DNA of 64,000 bases from an uncultured Gemmatimonadaceae bacterium (GCA_963790305.1 CAWBOC010000009.1:480001-544000), one strand, 5' to 3'. Counted from the first letter of the stretch, positions 52,410-63,900 are shown. The notes: generated from the sequence alone by a model not told the origin. Numbers and translations are program-made.

Positions 52410-54482
52410 ATGGCCGAGCCACGCGTCTACGCGCCGCGCGCGAGTCAAACCCCAGGTGAGCCGCGGGACTTCGCGGCCGAGCTGAATCCCGAGCAGCTCG
52501 CCGCGGCCACGCATGGCGACGGACCGCTGCTCATCGTCGCCGGAGCCGGCACCGGAAAGACACGCACCCTCGTCTACCGCGTCGCGCATCTCATCGAGCG
52601 CGGCGTGCGCCCCGATCGCATTCTCCTCCTGACCTTCACACGGCGCGCCGCTCAGGAGATGCTGGCGCGTGCGGAGCGGCTCGCCGGAGCGCGCAGCGGA
52701 CGGGTGCATGGCGGCACGTTCCACGCGACCGCGCACCGGCTTCTTCGCGTGTACGGCTCCGCGGCCGGGCTCGCCAAGGATTTCTCGATCATCGACCAGG
52801 GAGATGCCGAGGATCTCATGGGCCTCTCCCGCGCCGCCCTCGGCTACGCCCAGAAAAAGTCGCGCTTCCCCAAGAAGGAAACGCTGCACCACGTCTACTC
52901 GCGACACGTCAACACCGGCATCGCGATCGACGATATCGTCGCCGCCGAGTATCCGCAGTTCCTCGACTATCGCGAGGATCTCACGCGGATCTATGCCGAC
53001 TACACCAGTCGTAAGGAGGAGCGCAACCTCGTCGACTACGACGACCTGCTTCTGTTCTGGGCGGGAATGCTGGAAGGCGACACCGAGCTCGGGAAGCGGG
53101 TGTCCGGCCTCTACGACCACGTGCTCGTCGACGAATACCAGGATACGAATCTGCTGCAGGCGCGCATTCTGCTTGGTATGGCGCGCGAGCACCGGAACAT
53201 CACCGTTGTCGGGGACGACGCGCAGAGCATCTATGCGTTCCGCGGCGCGACGATTCGCAACATCCTCGACTTCCCCAGGCAGTTCACCGGCGCACGGGTC
53301 GTCACGCTCGAGCGCAACTACCGATCGACGCAGCCCATCCTCGACGTGACGAACACGCTCATCGCGCGCGCGCGTGAGCGCTACTCGAAGACGCTTCGCA
53401 CCGAGCGAACTGGCGGGGAGCCGCCCTGGCTCGTCGCCGCCCGCGACGAGTCGGCCCAAACGCGCTTCGTCGTGGACCGCATCCTCGAGCTGCACGAGTC
53501 GGGGACCGCCCTGCGCGAGATCGCCGTGCTCTTTCGTGCCGGCTACATGTCGGCGGATCTGGAGATCGAGCTCACCAATCGCAAGATCCCCTTCGAGAAA
53601 TGGGGCGGCCTCAAGTTTCTCGAAGCCGCTCACGTGAAGGACGTGCTCGCGTTCTTGCGAATCCTCGAGAATCCTCGCGATGAAGTGAGCTGGTATCGTG
53701 TACTGCTGCTGCTGCCCGGAATCGGCGACGCGACTGCGCGCGCCGCGGTCGAGGCAATGGCGCAGATGGCGTGGACATCGTCCGCCTTCGGACGCTTCAC
53801 GCCCCCGGCACGTGCGCGCGCCGCGCACGGCGCCCTGGTGAAACTTCTCGACGATCTGCGCAGCGGCGCCGATCTGGAAGGCCGAACCCTCAGCGCCGAG
53901 ATCGGTCACGTGCGCCGGCTCTACGACGATATTCTGCGCGAGCGGTACGATCGTCCCGAGCCCCGCCTTGCCGATCTCGATCAGCTGGAGGTGATCGCGG
54001 CCGGCTTCCCTTCGCGAGCGGTCTTTCTTTCCGCGCTGGCTCTCGAACCACCCTCGTCCACGCAGGATCTGGCCGGCCCGAGCGACCGGGAGCGGGACGT
54101 GCTGGTGCTCAGCACTGCCCACAGCGCCAAGGGACGCGAGTGGGACGGGGTGTTCCTGATCTGGGCGGTCGACGGATTCTTCCCGTCGTCACGCGCGCTC
54201 CGCAGCGAGGAGGAGACCGAGGAAGAGCGCCGGCTCATGTACGTCGCGCTCACACGCGCGCGGAACGACCTGGCAGTCGTCTACCCGCTCAACGCCTACC
54301 ACTCGCGCCGCGGCGCGGACTACTCCATGGATCAGTTGTCGCGGTTTATCGACCGAGGAGTCCGCGAAAAAATGCAGCGCGTGGCCACCGGCGAGGAGCC
54401 GGCCGCGACGGTGACCGCCACGGGCGGGCGGCAGCTCATCGACCTTCGCGCCCTCATGCGGGGGAAGTTCAAGACGTCCTGA
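52410..54482 (+). CDS. UvrD/Rep/PcrA family SF1A DNA helicase
   Basis: AGAGTGKT, VDEYQD, VGDDAQSIYAFRGA, ERNYRS, HSAKGREW, EERRLMYVALTRA. Confidence 0.95.
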   Translation: MAEPRVYAPRASQTPGEPRDFAAELNPEQLAAATHGDGPLLIVAGAGTGKTRTLVYRVAHLIERGVRPDRILLLTFTRRAAQEMLARAERLAGARSGRVHGGTFHATAHRLLRVYGSAAGLAKDFSIIDQGDAEDLMGLSRAALGYAQKKSRFPKKETLHHVYSRHVNTGIAIDDIVAAEYPQFLDYREDLTRIYADYTSRKEERNLVDYDDLLLFWAGMLEGDTELGKRVSGLYDHVLVDEYQDTNLLQARILLGMAREHRNITVVGDDAQSIYAFRGATIRNILDFPRQFTGARVVTLERNYRSTQPILDVTNTLIARARERYSKTLRTERTGGEPPWLVAARDESAQTRFVVDRILELHESGTALREIAVLFRAGYMSADLEIELTNRKIPFEKWGGLKFLEAAHVKDVLAFLRILENPRDEVSWYRVLLLLPGIGDATARAAVEAMAQMAWTSSAFGRFTPPARARAAHGALVKLLDDLRSGADLEGRTLSAEIGHVRRLYDDILRERYDRPEPRLADLDQLEVIAAGFPSRAVFLSALALEPPSSTQDLAGPSDRERDVLVLSTAHSAKGREWDGVFLIWAVDGFFPSSRALRSEEETEEERRLMYVALTRARNDLAVVYPLNAYHSRRGADYSMDQLSRFIDRGVREKMQRVATGEEPAATVTATGGRQLIDLRALMRGKFKTS

Positions 54483-54486
54483 GTCC

Positions 54487-55581
54487 CTACGGCCGCAGCC
54501 GGTCCACCCAGGCGTGGAGCTCGGCGTACGGATCGTCGGGGCGGCGTTTCGCCAGCGCCATCACGCGGGCGATCGCTCGGCGAAGATCCCGCCCTTCCGC
54601 CTCGTACACGCGCTCGAAGGCGTCGAGGTCAGTGAGATAGATACGTCGTGCGAGGAGCGCCGCGTTGTCCAGCTGCACGCGCGAGAGTGCGCGGGGATCG
54701 ACGCGGCGCAGCTGCGGCCCCACCGAGTCCACCAGCACGCGTCTCGCGCGCGCGTAGACCGTGTCGCGCGCGGCGAGCCGTGCCTCACGACTCTCCGGAT
54801 TGGCGCGATACGCAGAATCGAGGTGGCGCCACAGCGCCGTCCAGAAGCGTCCCAGCGTCTTGTCGTCCTCCCAATCCACCGCGGCTATGCGCGCGCGGAC
54901 GGAATCGCCTTCCGTGCGAAAAAACCACTCAGCCCCGTGGGCCCCGACGAACGTCGCGAACGACTCGTTGAACACCGCCTGCCCGGGGGCGTAGAACGTG
55001 TTGTGCGTGACCTCGTGAATCACGGTGTTCGCGAGGTCGAGAGAGTCGTAGCGAAGCGTCGTCGACAGCAAGGGATCGTTGAACCAGCCAAGCGTGCTGA
55101 ACGCAGCCGACGGCCGGAGATAGGTGTCGAGCCCCTGAGCCTCGAGATCCCGCGCCGCCTCCTGCGCCGCGCCGAAATCGAAGAATCCCTTGTAGGGAAC
55201 GCGCCCTACGATCGGGAACCACCAGGTGTGCGGCTCGAGCCGATCGCGATAGGCGGCCGACAGCACCAGCACCAAGGTGTCGCGCCGGAGACGGCTGTAC
55301 GTGGTGAAGCTCTCGCCTACGTCGAGCCTGATGGAGTCACGCGCGAACGCGCGCGCCTCGAGGACGAGCTGAAGCTTGAGTCGCGTTGCCTGGTCAGTGC
55401 CGGGATCATCGACGAGGCGCGCGATCTCTTTCCGGCCCGCGAGAATCCGTGCTTCCTCCCATCCAGCGCGACTCAGATAGCAGCCGGTCGGGGTGAGCGC
55501 GAGGAAGAGCACCACGGCGATCGTGAGCGCCGCGACCACGCGCTTGACGACCCGCCGTACCCGGGCCACGAAAGGCGTCAC
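54487..55581 (-). CDS. Putative zinc aminopeptidase, exported or lipoprotein
   Basis: WWFPIVGRVPYKGFF, AFSTLGWFNDP, HEVTH...FNESFA gluzincin motif; GGAGG + GTG. Confidence 0.85.
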   Translation of the reverse strand: MTPFVARVRRVVKRVVAALTIAVVLFLALTPTGCYLSRAGWEEARILAGRKEIARLVDDPGTDQATRLKLQLVLEARAFARDSIRLDVGESFTTYSRLRRDTLVLVLSAAYRDRLEPHTWWFPIVGRVPYKGFFDFGAAQEAARDLEAQGLDTYLRPSAAFSTLGWFNDPLLSTTLRYDSLDLANTVIHEVTHNTFYAPGQAVFNESFATFVGAHGAEWFFRTEGDSVRARIAAVDWEDDKTLGRFWTALWRHLDSAYRANPESREARLAARDTVYARARRVLVDSVGPQLRRVDPRALSRVQLDNAALLARRIYLTDLDAFERVYEAEGRDLRRAIARVMALAKRRPDDPYAELHAWVDRLRP

Positions 55582-55603
55582 CGCCTCCCGAAGAGCGTGC
55601 CGC

Positions 55604-56551
55604 CTAACGCCACCACCGGAGCCCGAACCAATGCGTCGTGAGCGCCAGCGCGTCGAAGGACTGGTATGCGTAGTCGAGCGCGAAGTGACGCGCACGCACG
55701 CCGCCACCGAAGGAGAGAGGCAATGTCGCCGCACCCTCGCTCTGGGCCAGGGCGCCGACGCGTGCACTGAACGCCAGCCCGTTCGCTGAAGTCCAGGTCA
55801 CCTCGGCGCCGCCGAGCGGAAGGACATCGCCCTCGCGGTGCTGGGCGACTTCGACCGTGCCGAGTACATCGAAAGGCCCGATGCCGCGCCAGGGCAGCGA
55901 TGCGCCGAGTCGGAGAAACCGCGGGAGGGGTGCGCTCGATCCGGCGGTCTTCAGGGTGGGGCCGATATTCTGGATGCTCACGCCGACGGTGGCGCCGCGC
56001 CACACGTCGATCGCGGCGCCGACGTCGATCGCCGGGGCACCGCCGCTGGCATCGGCGAGCGACTGCCGGACGTACTTGGCGGCGGCGCCGAGTCGCACCA
56101 TGCGCCACGTCATGCCGTATCCCACCGAGGCGGCCACATCGTTCGCTGACACGGTTCGACCGGTGGCCTCGCCGCGGTCGCACCCCGTACTGTCATCGCA
56201 CACGTATTCGTCGGCACTCCCGTAGCTCAGCACCTGGACACCGATGCCCACCGTCCCGGGGCCGAGCTGAAAGGCCGCCGAGAGCGCGCCGAGCGTGGAT
56301 CCCTCAATGTAGGGCTGCACGGACATGCTGGCCGCCCGACCCTCCACCGTGGCGAGCTGCGACGCGTTGTAGAAGAGTGCCGCGTCATCCGCTGCGGCGG
56401 TGACGTAGGCACCGCCAAGGGCCAGTGCGCGTGCGCTCGCGGGGAGCTCGAGGATGATGGCGCCGGTGCGCCCGCCCTGCGCCAGCGCGATCGACGGCGC
56501 AGCGGCTGCCACGGCGACGAGGGCGAAATTCGTGAATCGCATCATGGTCAC
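55604..56551 (-). CDS. PorV/PorQ-like outer-membrane beta-barrel
   Basis: Signal peptide; LELPASARALALGGA...AALFYNASQL plug motif; DVGA, GVSIQNIG, LDYAY, aromatic C-terminus. Confidence 0.8.
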   Translation of the reverse strand: MTMMRFTNFALVAVAAAAPSIALAQGGRTGAIILELPASARALALGGAYVTAAADDAALFYNASQLATVEGRAASMSVQPYIEGSTLGALSAAFQLGPGTVGIGVQVLSYGSADEYVCDDSTGCDRGEATGRTVSANDVAASVGYGMTWRMVRLGAAAKYVRQSLADASGGAPAIDVGAAIDVWRGATVGVSIQNIGPTLKTAGSSAPLPRFLRLGASLPWRGIGPFDVLGTVEVAQHREGDVLPLGGAEVTWTSANGLAFSARVGALAQSEGAATLPLSFGGGVRARHFALDYAYQSFDALALTTHWFGLRWWR

Positions 56552-58845
56552 CGCACGATGAAGACTTTGCGCCGCATCATTCCCGACGGCATGTCGGCCA
56601 CGAGCACGTACACCCCGTTGACGACGGCCCCGCCGCCCTCGGTCTGAAGATTCCAGCGCAGCGTGGTAGCGTCGTCGAAATCCGTGTCACGGAAGGAACG
56701 GACCCGTTTCCCGGCAAAGTCGTAGAGGTCAACGCGGCGTGGTGCCTCGGCAAAGCGGATCACCACCGGCGACGAGCGCACCGGGTTCTGCGAGATGTTG
56801 AACGATTCGCCCTGCGCGAGCATGAGCGCGCGCACATTCGCCACCGCGGCAGCGACATCCAGCTTTCCGAATCCCCACAATGCGTTAGGCGACGTGTTGG
56901 GTTCACCCGTGAACGTGCGATTCGTGAACCCGTCCCGCCGCGCACCACGCTGGAGGGCGTCAATGGCCTGCTCCGGGGTGAGATGCCGGTAGACCGAGAG
57001 CATGAGGGCGACGGTCCCGGTGACATGCGGCGCCGACATGCTCGTACCAACCTCGATGACGTGTGCGCTGTCCTGGCTCACCGCCCGCTGATCGCCGCCG
57101 AAGTTTGCGTCACGTGACAGTGACGACAGCGCGACTCCAGGAGCCGTGATTTCCGGCTTGAGTCGGCCGTCTCGGGTCGGGCCTGGAGAGCTGAAGTAAA
57201 GCAACTCGTTCGGTGGAACGAGCTGGGCGTCGAAAAGGTAGTCCTGCCCGTCGAAGCCGCGCCACGAGACGAAGGCGTGGTAGCCTCCGACGGCAATCAC
57301 GCGCTCCGCATCTGCGGGAGACTGCACGAGCCGCCGGTTTGTCCCGCCAGTCGTAAAGTACGCCTCGGTGCTGATGAGCGAGAAGGGAATGTACGCGTCG
57401 ACGAGCCCGGGTCCGGAGCCGGATGTCTTCCTGAAAATGAGGCGCCACGTTCCCACTGCCGGCGCGGTTCCGCCGTCGAGCCATTCCCCGATGAACGCCG
57501 TGAAATAGTTGGTGCTCGAGGTAGAAAACCCGGACGACGACTCGAAGTCGTCGAGAATGGAATCGCCGCGCGCGGTGCCGTTGTAGGCGAGTACACCGCC
57601 CCCGGCGCCCAGTGACGCGGTAGCCGCGTTGAACCCGACATCAATGCGACTGCCGTCTGGGCGCTGGAGCGTGACGGCGAAGGTGTCCTGCGGCGAATAG
57701 AACGCCTGAAGCAGCATCAGGTCGTCATCGCTCCCCGAGCCTCGGGTGTAGTTAGGCCTGACGAACTCGATCACCCCGCTGTCGCCACGCGCAACCGTTG
57801 TCTCACCGTGCAGCGAGCCGATGAGCGCGAAGTTCGACCCGTCGTTCCCGGCCGCCGCCACGATGATGCGGCCCGGTCCCGACAGCTCATCCATGATCAC
57901 CGACAGGGCCTGCCGGCCATCGTGAGGGCCGAACTGCGTCCCGAGACTGAGATTCACCACTGCCGGCTTTCCGAGCTGCTCGGCCCTTGCGAAGATGTAC
58001 GCGACGCCATCGACGACCGAGGTGCTGGAGAGGCTCGTTCGTACGACAATCAGGTCAGCCTCAGGCGCGACCCCGACGTAGTCGTAGCGCGGCTGCCCTC
58101 GGTTCGCGCCGGAGCCATCGCCGGCGGCGATGCCTGCCACGTGAGTGCCATGGCCGTCACGATCGCGCGACGGACAGGTCCCGTTTCTCCCGAGCTGCTC
58201 CTGCCGGCATTCGATGCCGTAGTTGAACGTCAGGCCAGACACGTTTCCCGGGGGCCCACCGGTGGCCGCGGGCGGCGGAGCGTGGTCCCAGAGATAGAGA
58301 ATACGCGAGCGCCCGGTCACGTCGTCAATGAAATCACCGTGACGGAAATCGATTCCCGAATCGACGATGCCGACAATGGTGCCCTGCCCCGTCGCTCCCG
58401 AGAACTCATCCCGATCGACACGGCGTCGCACGCCGGAAGCGCGGATCTCGTCCATCGTGGATGTGCTGTAGCTCACTCGCGGCGCGAACTCCACGGCGCG
58501 AACGCCAGCGAGGGAGCGAACCTCGCGCAGCCGCTCCACCGGGACGCGCGCGGTGAGCCATTCACCGGCGCGGATGCCAACGCGCGCACCGAGCGCTGTG
58601 AGCGCGTCCTCGACACCGGGAGCACCCCGCACGAACACGTCGACGGTGATCGCACCGGACTCGTCACGAGACAGCGACACTCGAGCGCTTCGCGCAGAGA
58701 GACCGAGCTCATGGGCGCGTGCAATTTCATCGAGCGCCCGGCGCTCTCTCGATTGCGACGCGCGCTTCGCGGGGCGCTCAACGACCCCCTGCGCCGCGAG
58801 CGCCGGCGCGCAGAGGAGACCGAGGACAAGCAGTCGCAAATGCAT
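56548..58845 (-). CDS. S8 subtilase with T9SS-CTD/FlgD-like C-terminal domain
   Basis: Triad GIVDSG, HGTHVAGIAAG, GTSMSAPHVTG; AAAGND; tail QNPV...LYDFAGKRV...WN...NGVYVL...KVFIVR. Confidence 0.9.
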   Translation of the reverse strand: MHLRLLVLGLLCAPALAAQGVVERPAKRASQSRERRALDEIARAHELGLSARSARVSLSRDESGAITVDVFVRGAPGVEDALTALGARVGIRAGEWLTARVPVERLREVRSLAGVRAVEFAPRVSYSTSTMDEIRASGVRRRVDRDEFSGATGQGTIVGIVDSGIDFRHGDFIDDVTGRSRILYLWDHAPPPAATGGPPGNVSGLTFNYGIECRQEQLGRNGTCPSRDRDGHGTHVAGIAAGDGSGANRGQPRYDYVGVAPEADLIVVRTSLSSTSVVDGVAYIFARAEQLGKPAVVNLSLGTQFGPHDGRQALSVIMDELSGPGRIIVAAAGNDGSNFALIGSLHGETTVARGDSGVIEFVRPNYTRGSGSDDDLMLLQAFYSPQDTFAVTLQRPDGSRIDVGFNAATASLGAGGGVLAYNGTARGDSILDDFESSSGFSTSSTNYFTAFIGEWLDGGTAPAVGTWRLIFRKTSGSGPGLVDAYIPFSLISTEAYFTTGGTNRRLVQSPADAERVIAVGGYHAFVSWRGFDGQDYLFDAQLVPPNELLYFSSPGPTRDGRLKPEITAPGVALSSLSRDANFGGDQRAVSQDSAHVIEVGTSMSAPHVTGTVALMLSVYRHLTPEQAIDALQRGARRDGFTNRTFTGEPNTSPNALWGFGKLDVAAAVANVRALMLAQGESFNISQNPVRSSPVVIRFAEAPRRVDLYDFAGKRVRSFRDTDFDDATTLRWNLQTEGGGAVVNGVYVLVADMPSGMMRRKVFIVR

Positions 58846-58925
58846 TCGGTGCGTCCGAGTGGGGCGTCGGGACGAGGCGCGGCGGAGTCGCCGGCGCAGC
58901 AACATAGCGGCGGGACCGCTGGACG

Positions 58926-59014
58926 GCGAGGTAGTTGAGGTCAGCGACGTACTCGAGGGTGTCGAGGTGAAAACGGCTAGCTTCGACACCCTCGACAACC
59001 TCGACAACCTCGAT
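58926..59014. repeat. Inverted array of degenerate 9-mer repeats
   Basis: gaggtagtt gaggtcagc gacgtactc gagggtgtc gaggtg ... ttcgacacc ctcgacaac ctcgacaac ctcgat. Confidence 0.8.
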
Positions 59015-60703
59015 TTACGGAAGTCTGAACAGCCCCAGCTGTGCCTTCAACGCCGCGGCGAACACCTCTCCCTCCGGCCTTGCGAACCGGAAACCGATCG
59101 CCGGGTCAGCGGGGGATACGGTCTGGAAGTACTCCATCGTTCCGGGATACATGGAGGCCTCCACGCTTGCCCCGGCCGCGAGCGCCCGAGGGACGAGCGG
59201 ATACACTCTCGGAAACTGCGCCGGCGCGATCTCGTTCAGACGCGCAAAAATCCTACGCAGGTTGCGCGACTTGTATCGGTTCCGCTCGGGAACGCTCGTT
59301 CGCGGATGGCCCGGAATGCTGTCCGTCCAGAGCGCGAGGGCCCAGTCACCGAAGAGCACCGGGAACGACTCCGCCGCCACGTTTTCGACGTTGGCGATAC
59401 TCGTAAGGTTCGTCTGCACCAGACGGCGGAAGATCGTGCTGTCTTTCTGATCGGCGAGCCACCGAAGAAAGAGCCACGCCGCACCGCGCTCCTCGAGCGT
59501 GCCCGTCGACGCGAACAGCGTCACCGATGTCGTCGCAGGCGACTCGAGGAAGTCGTACGAGTTCGAGAGATCGTTGTTGATGAAGATGTTGGCCGTGTCG
59601 CTGAAGAGCCGTCCGGGCGGCAGGATCGGATACTTGTTGTCGTAGTGCCGCGCGACCATTTCCTCGGCGATATGGCTCAGCCCTTCGTTCAGCCATGACT
59701 CCTCGTCCGGACCACTGCGGGCGAGCACGTGCTGATTGAACGAGATCATGTGCTGGAACTCGTGGATGAACGTCGGCGGCGTGCTGGCTTCGACGACGTT
59801 CACGGGTCGTGCACAGGAGAACTGCCCCTGTGGATCGGGGACGAGTGAATAAAAAACCTCGCCCTGATTCGAGTTGGTACCTGTCGTGAGGTCCAGTCCG
59901 AAGAAGAATCCGGAGATGACCACCTCGCAGTTGCTCCTCGGCGTGAGCCCGTTGACGATCGGCGTCATGAGCACGATGACGCGGTCGTTGGCGTCGATGT
60001 CGGACTCCGAGCCGAAGGTGCTCACTCCGATGGGGTACAGGTCCTGATCGAACCACGTGCCGAGCTTGGTGATCACGGAGTCGGAGAGACCATTCGGGCC
60101 CGACGGCGATTGATTGTCGATGTAGATCAGGATGTTCTGACCCGCGAAGCGGAGTGTCGCGGTAACGGTGACGAAGGTCGGCTGCTGCTGGCTATTCTCG
60201 GGGATGGACGACAGCACCCTGAACGTTCGGGAGGAGCCGACCTGCTGGAACGAGGGACCGCGGATCGCCTGGGACGACAGCGAGAGTGCGCGAAGCTCCC
60301 GCGCTTCGCGCGGCGCTGACGGCGCGAGGCGGCGCTCGATCTGCCGAAGGACGTTGTCGAGCCGAGCCGCCGGCGACACCGTGCGCGGGCCAACCGCGCT
60401 GGCCGCAGCGGCGAGGGACCCACCGTTGCCGAGGGCGTACCGGACGAGCGCGCGGGTGGCAGTCTCGGTTGGGAACTGGGGAACGACCAGGTATTTCGCC
60501 CCGTTGCCCGTCACCCAGGCGCACTCGTTGAGATCCGAGCTGCGGATGGTCCTGGCCTGAAATACCGCCATAGGCACCGTGCCGCTCGCGGCGTCGGCGG
60601 CCTCGCACGAGACGACGACTGACGGGTCCGGCCCGGGGGAATCTGAGCAGCCCGCGACAAGAACGACGCTCGGAACCAGTAAACGGGATAGGAACGGGCG
60701 CAT
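59015..60703 (-). CDS. Zinc metalloprotease lipoprotein (M30/hyicolysin-like)
   Basis: VAGC lipobox; FGSESDIDAN; HEFQHMI...WLNEGLSH. Confidence 0.8.
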   Translation of the reverse strand: MRPFLSRLLVPSVVLVAGCSDSPGPDPSVVVSCEAADAASGTVPMAVFQARTIRSSDLNECAWVTGNGAKYLVVPQFPTETATRALVRYALGNGGSLAAAASAVGPRTVSPAARLDNVLRQIERRLAPSAPREARELRALSLSSQAIRGPSFQQVGSSRTFRVLSSIPENSQQQPTFVTVTATLRFAGQNILIYIDNQSPSGPNGLSDSVITKLGTWFDQDLYPIGVSTFGSESDIDANDRVIVLMTPIVNGLTPRSNCEVVISGFFFGLDLTTGTNSNQGEVFYSLVPDPQGQFSCARPVNVVEASTPPTFIHEFQHMISFNQHVLARSGPDEESWLNEGLSHIAEEMVARHYDNKYPILPPGRLFSDTANIFINNDLSNSYDFLESPATTSVTLFASTGTLEERGAAWLFLRWLADQKDSTIFRRLVQTNLTSIANVENVAAESFPVLFGDWALALWTDSIPGHPRTSVPERNRYKSRNLRRIFARLNEIAPAQFPRVYPLVPRALAAGASVEASMYPGTMEYFQTVSPADPAIGFRFARPEGEVFAAALKAQLGLFRLP

Positions 60704-60910
60704 TGAACCTCGATCGTTAAGAGGGCGCCCCACTCAATGGTGCGGCGCCCTGCTGTTATTCAGACGAGCGGATGAGCTCGCCCGTTCCGACGTTTAAACG
60801 GCAGCCATCTCCCCGGCAACCCGCTATTATTACAGATTGCCGGGTAAGGACATGCGAAGCCGCCTGTCCCCTTCATACACCCCGCTCAGGCAGAGGTTGT
60901 CACCCACCTG

Positions 60911-63900
60911 ATGTCCTTCGTTCACCTGCATTGTCACTCCGAGTACTCCCTCCTCGATGGCGCCAACCGCATCAATGACCTGATCGCGCGCGCCAAGGAG
61001 CTCGAGCAGCCTGCCGTCGCCATTACCGACCATGGTAATCTGCACGCGGCGTGGGAGTTCCAGGAGAAGGCGAAGAAAGCCGGCCTCAAGCCGATCATCG
61101 GCATGGAGGCATATGTCGCGCCCGGGGACCGCCGGGAGAGGGGCCGAAACCGCATCGCCGGCGACCCGAATCGATCGTTCGCCAAGCCCTACTACCACCT
61201 CGTGATCCTCGCGCGTGACGCCGTCGGGTACCGAAACCTGGTCAAGCTGTCGTCGCTCGCGTACACCGAGGGGTTTTATGCCAAGCCGCGGGTAGATCGC
61301 GAGCTCCTGGCCCTGCACAACGAGGGACTGGTGGTCACCTCTGCCTGCATGGCGGGGGAGGTGGCGACCCATCTTCTGAACGACGACTACCAGCGGGCCG
61401 CGAGCGCTGCCAGCTGGTACGCCGAGGTGTTCAAGGACCGGTACTTCCTCGAGGTGCAGGGGCACGACTCCGAGGGACAGGCTCGGCTCAACAAGCTCGT
61501 GCTCGGCCTCGCCAGCGACCTCGGCTTGCCGGTAGTCGCGACGAACGACGCCCACTTTCTGCGGGCGACCGACCACGACGCGCACGACGTGCTCCTTTGC
61601 ATCGGCCTTGGGAAGGATCGCGGGGATGCGGACCGGTTGCGTTATGACCGCGGCCTGTACTTCAAGAGCGCCCCCGAGAATGGCGCAGCGCTTTCCAGAT
61701 CGAGGCGACCTGCTCGAGAACACGCTGCGGATTGCCGACGAGGTCGACGTTCCGTTCCAGAAGAAGTACTTCCTGCCGTCGTTTCCGCTCCCGGCTGGAA
61801 CGGCGACGGAAAACGAGCTGCTCGTTCGTCTGGCCACCTCGGGCGCTGTGGCGCGGTACGGCGATCCACTGCCGGACAATGTGCGCGAGCGGCTGGAGTA
61901 CGAGCTCGGCGTCATCACGACGACGGGGTACGCCGGCTACTTCCTCATCGTCTCGGACTTCATCGCCGCCGCGCGCGAGCGAGGCATCCCGGTCGGACCT
62001 GGGCGTGGGTCGGCGGCTGGATCGCTCGTCGCGTATTCGTTGCGCATCACCGACGTCTGCCCGCTTCGATTCGATCTGCTCTTCGAGCGCTTCCTCAATC
62101 CCGAGCGCGTCTCGATGCCCGACGTCGACGTCGACTTCTGTTTCGAGCGGCGAGGCGAGGTGATCGACTACGTTCGCCAGAAGTACGGACGCGAGTCGGT
62201 GTGCCAGATCGTGACGTTCGGGACGATGAAGTCTCGCGCCGCCATCAAGGATGTGGGACGCACGCTTGGCTTCACGCCGGCGGAGACGGACGCGTTGGCC
62301 AAGCTCATCCCGAACCAGCCGAACTTCTCGCTGACGGTGAAGCAGGCCGTCGAAGAGATCTCCGAGATCGCCAAGCTCTACCGGACGGACGAGCGCTACA
62401 AGCAGCTCCTCGACTACGCCATGGCGCTGGAGGGACTATCGCGCCATACAGGCGTACATGCCGCTGGCGTAGTGATCGCACCGGGACCGGTCGACGACTA
62501 CGTGCCGGTGTGCACGCAGGCGACGAAGGGCTCGGGATCGAGCACCGAGGACGAAACGGTCGTCGTGAGCCAGTACGACATGAACTGCCTGGAGAAGGCA
62601 GGCATGTTGAAGATGGATTTCCTGGGCCTTACGACGCTCACGGTCATCCACGATACCGTTGCGTCGGTGCAGGCGCGCACCGGATCCAGCCTCGACCTCA
62701 TGGCCCTTCCGCTCGACGATCCCGACACGTACCGCATGCTGCGGTCGGGACGAACGGCGGGGGTGTTCCAGTTCGAGTCCAATCTCGCTACGGACGTATT
62801 GCGACAAATGCGCTGCGACCGCTTCGATGACCTGGTCGCGTCGAACGCGCTCCTGCGTCCGGGCCCGCTCGATAGCGGGATGCATCTCGTGTACATCCGC
62901 CGCAAGCGGGGGGACGAGCCGGTGAGCTACGCGCTTCCCGAGCTCGAGCCGATTCTCAGCCCCACCTACGGTGTCATCACCTATCAAGAGCAGGTGATGC
63001 GCGTGGCGCAGAGCATCGCGGGCATCTCCCTCGCTGAAGCGGACGTCCTCCGCAAGGCGGTCGGCAAGAAGGACGCGGAGCTCATCAAGCTCGAGCTCGG
63101 CAAGTTCGTTCAGAAGTCGGTGGCGCGCGGGTACGACCGCCGGATCATCGATGACCTCGCGGCGCAGATCGAGACGTTCGGCCGCTATGGCTTTCCCAAG
63201 GCCCACTCGGTCGCGTACTCGATCATCTCGTATCAGACCGCGTGGCTCAAGACGCACTACCCCGCCGACTACATGGCGGCGCTGCTTTCCAGCTGCATCG
63301 GCGACACCGACAGCGTGGTGAAGTACATCGCCGAGGCGCGCGAGCTTGGCCTCGAGGTGCTGCCGCCCGATGTGAACGAGTCGGGCTACAAGTTCACCGT
63401 CGTCGGCGATCGCCGGATTCGCTTTGGCCTGGGCGCCATCCGAAACGTCGGTCGCACCGCGATCGATTCGATGCTCCAGGCGCGCGCCGAAAAGGCATTC
63501 ACGGACATCTTCGATGTCTGTGAACGCGTCGATTTGAGAATCTGCAACAAGCGCGTGTTCGAAGCGCTCATTCATTCGGGCGCACTCAATGGGTTGGGCG
63601 GACATCGCGCCCAGTTCGCCGCAATCCTCGATTCCGCCATGCAGGAAGCGTCGCTCAAGCAGGACGAGCGGATCAGCGGACAGGTGTCGTTGTTCGGCGA
63701 CGCATCGCAGGACGACTCCGGTCGGCATCACCTGCCGATGACGCTGCCGAACCTCTCCGCGATGACGGACGTCGAGCGGCTCGCCAAGGAGAAGGAGATT
63801 CTCGGGTTCTACATCTCGGGACACCCACTCGAACCGTTCCGCACCGAGTGCGAGCTCTTCGCGACGCACACCGTGGCGCAGCTCGGTGCCTGGTCCGACC

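Noticed and set aside
58926..59014. CRISPR array
   Set aside because: Units of 7-9 nt with no unique spacers; no cas genes in the window
61660..61700. Programmed frameshift or pseudogenisation of dnaE
   Set aside because: No slippery heptamer; same insertion context as other frameshifts; both halves are intact and the gene is essential
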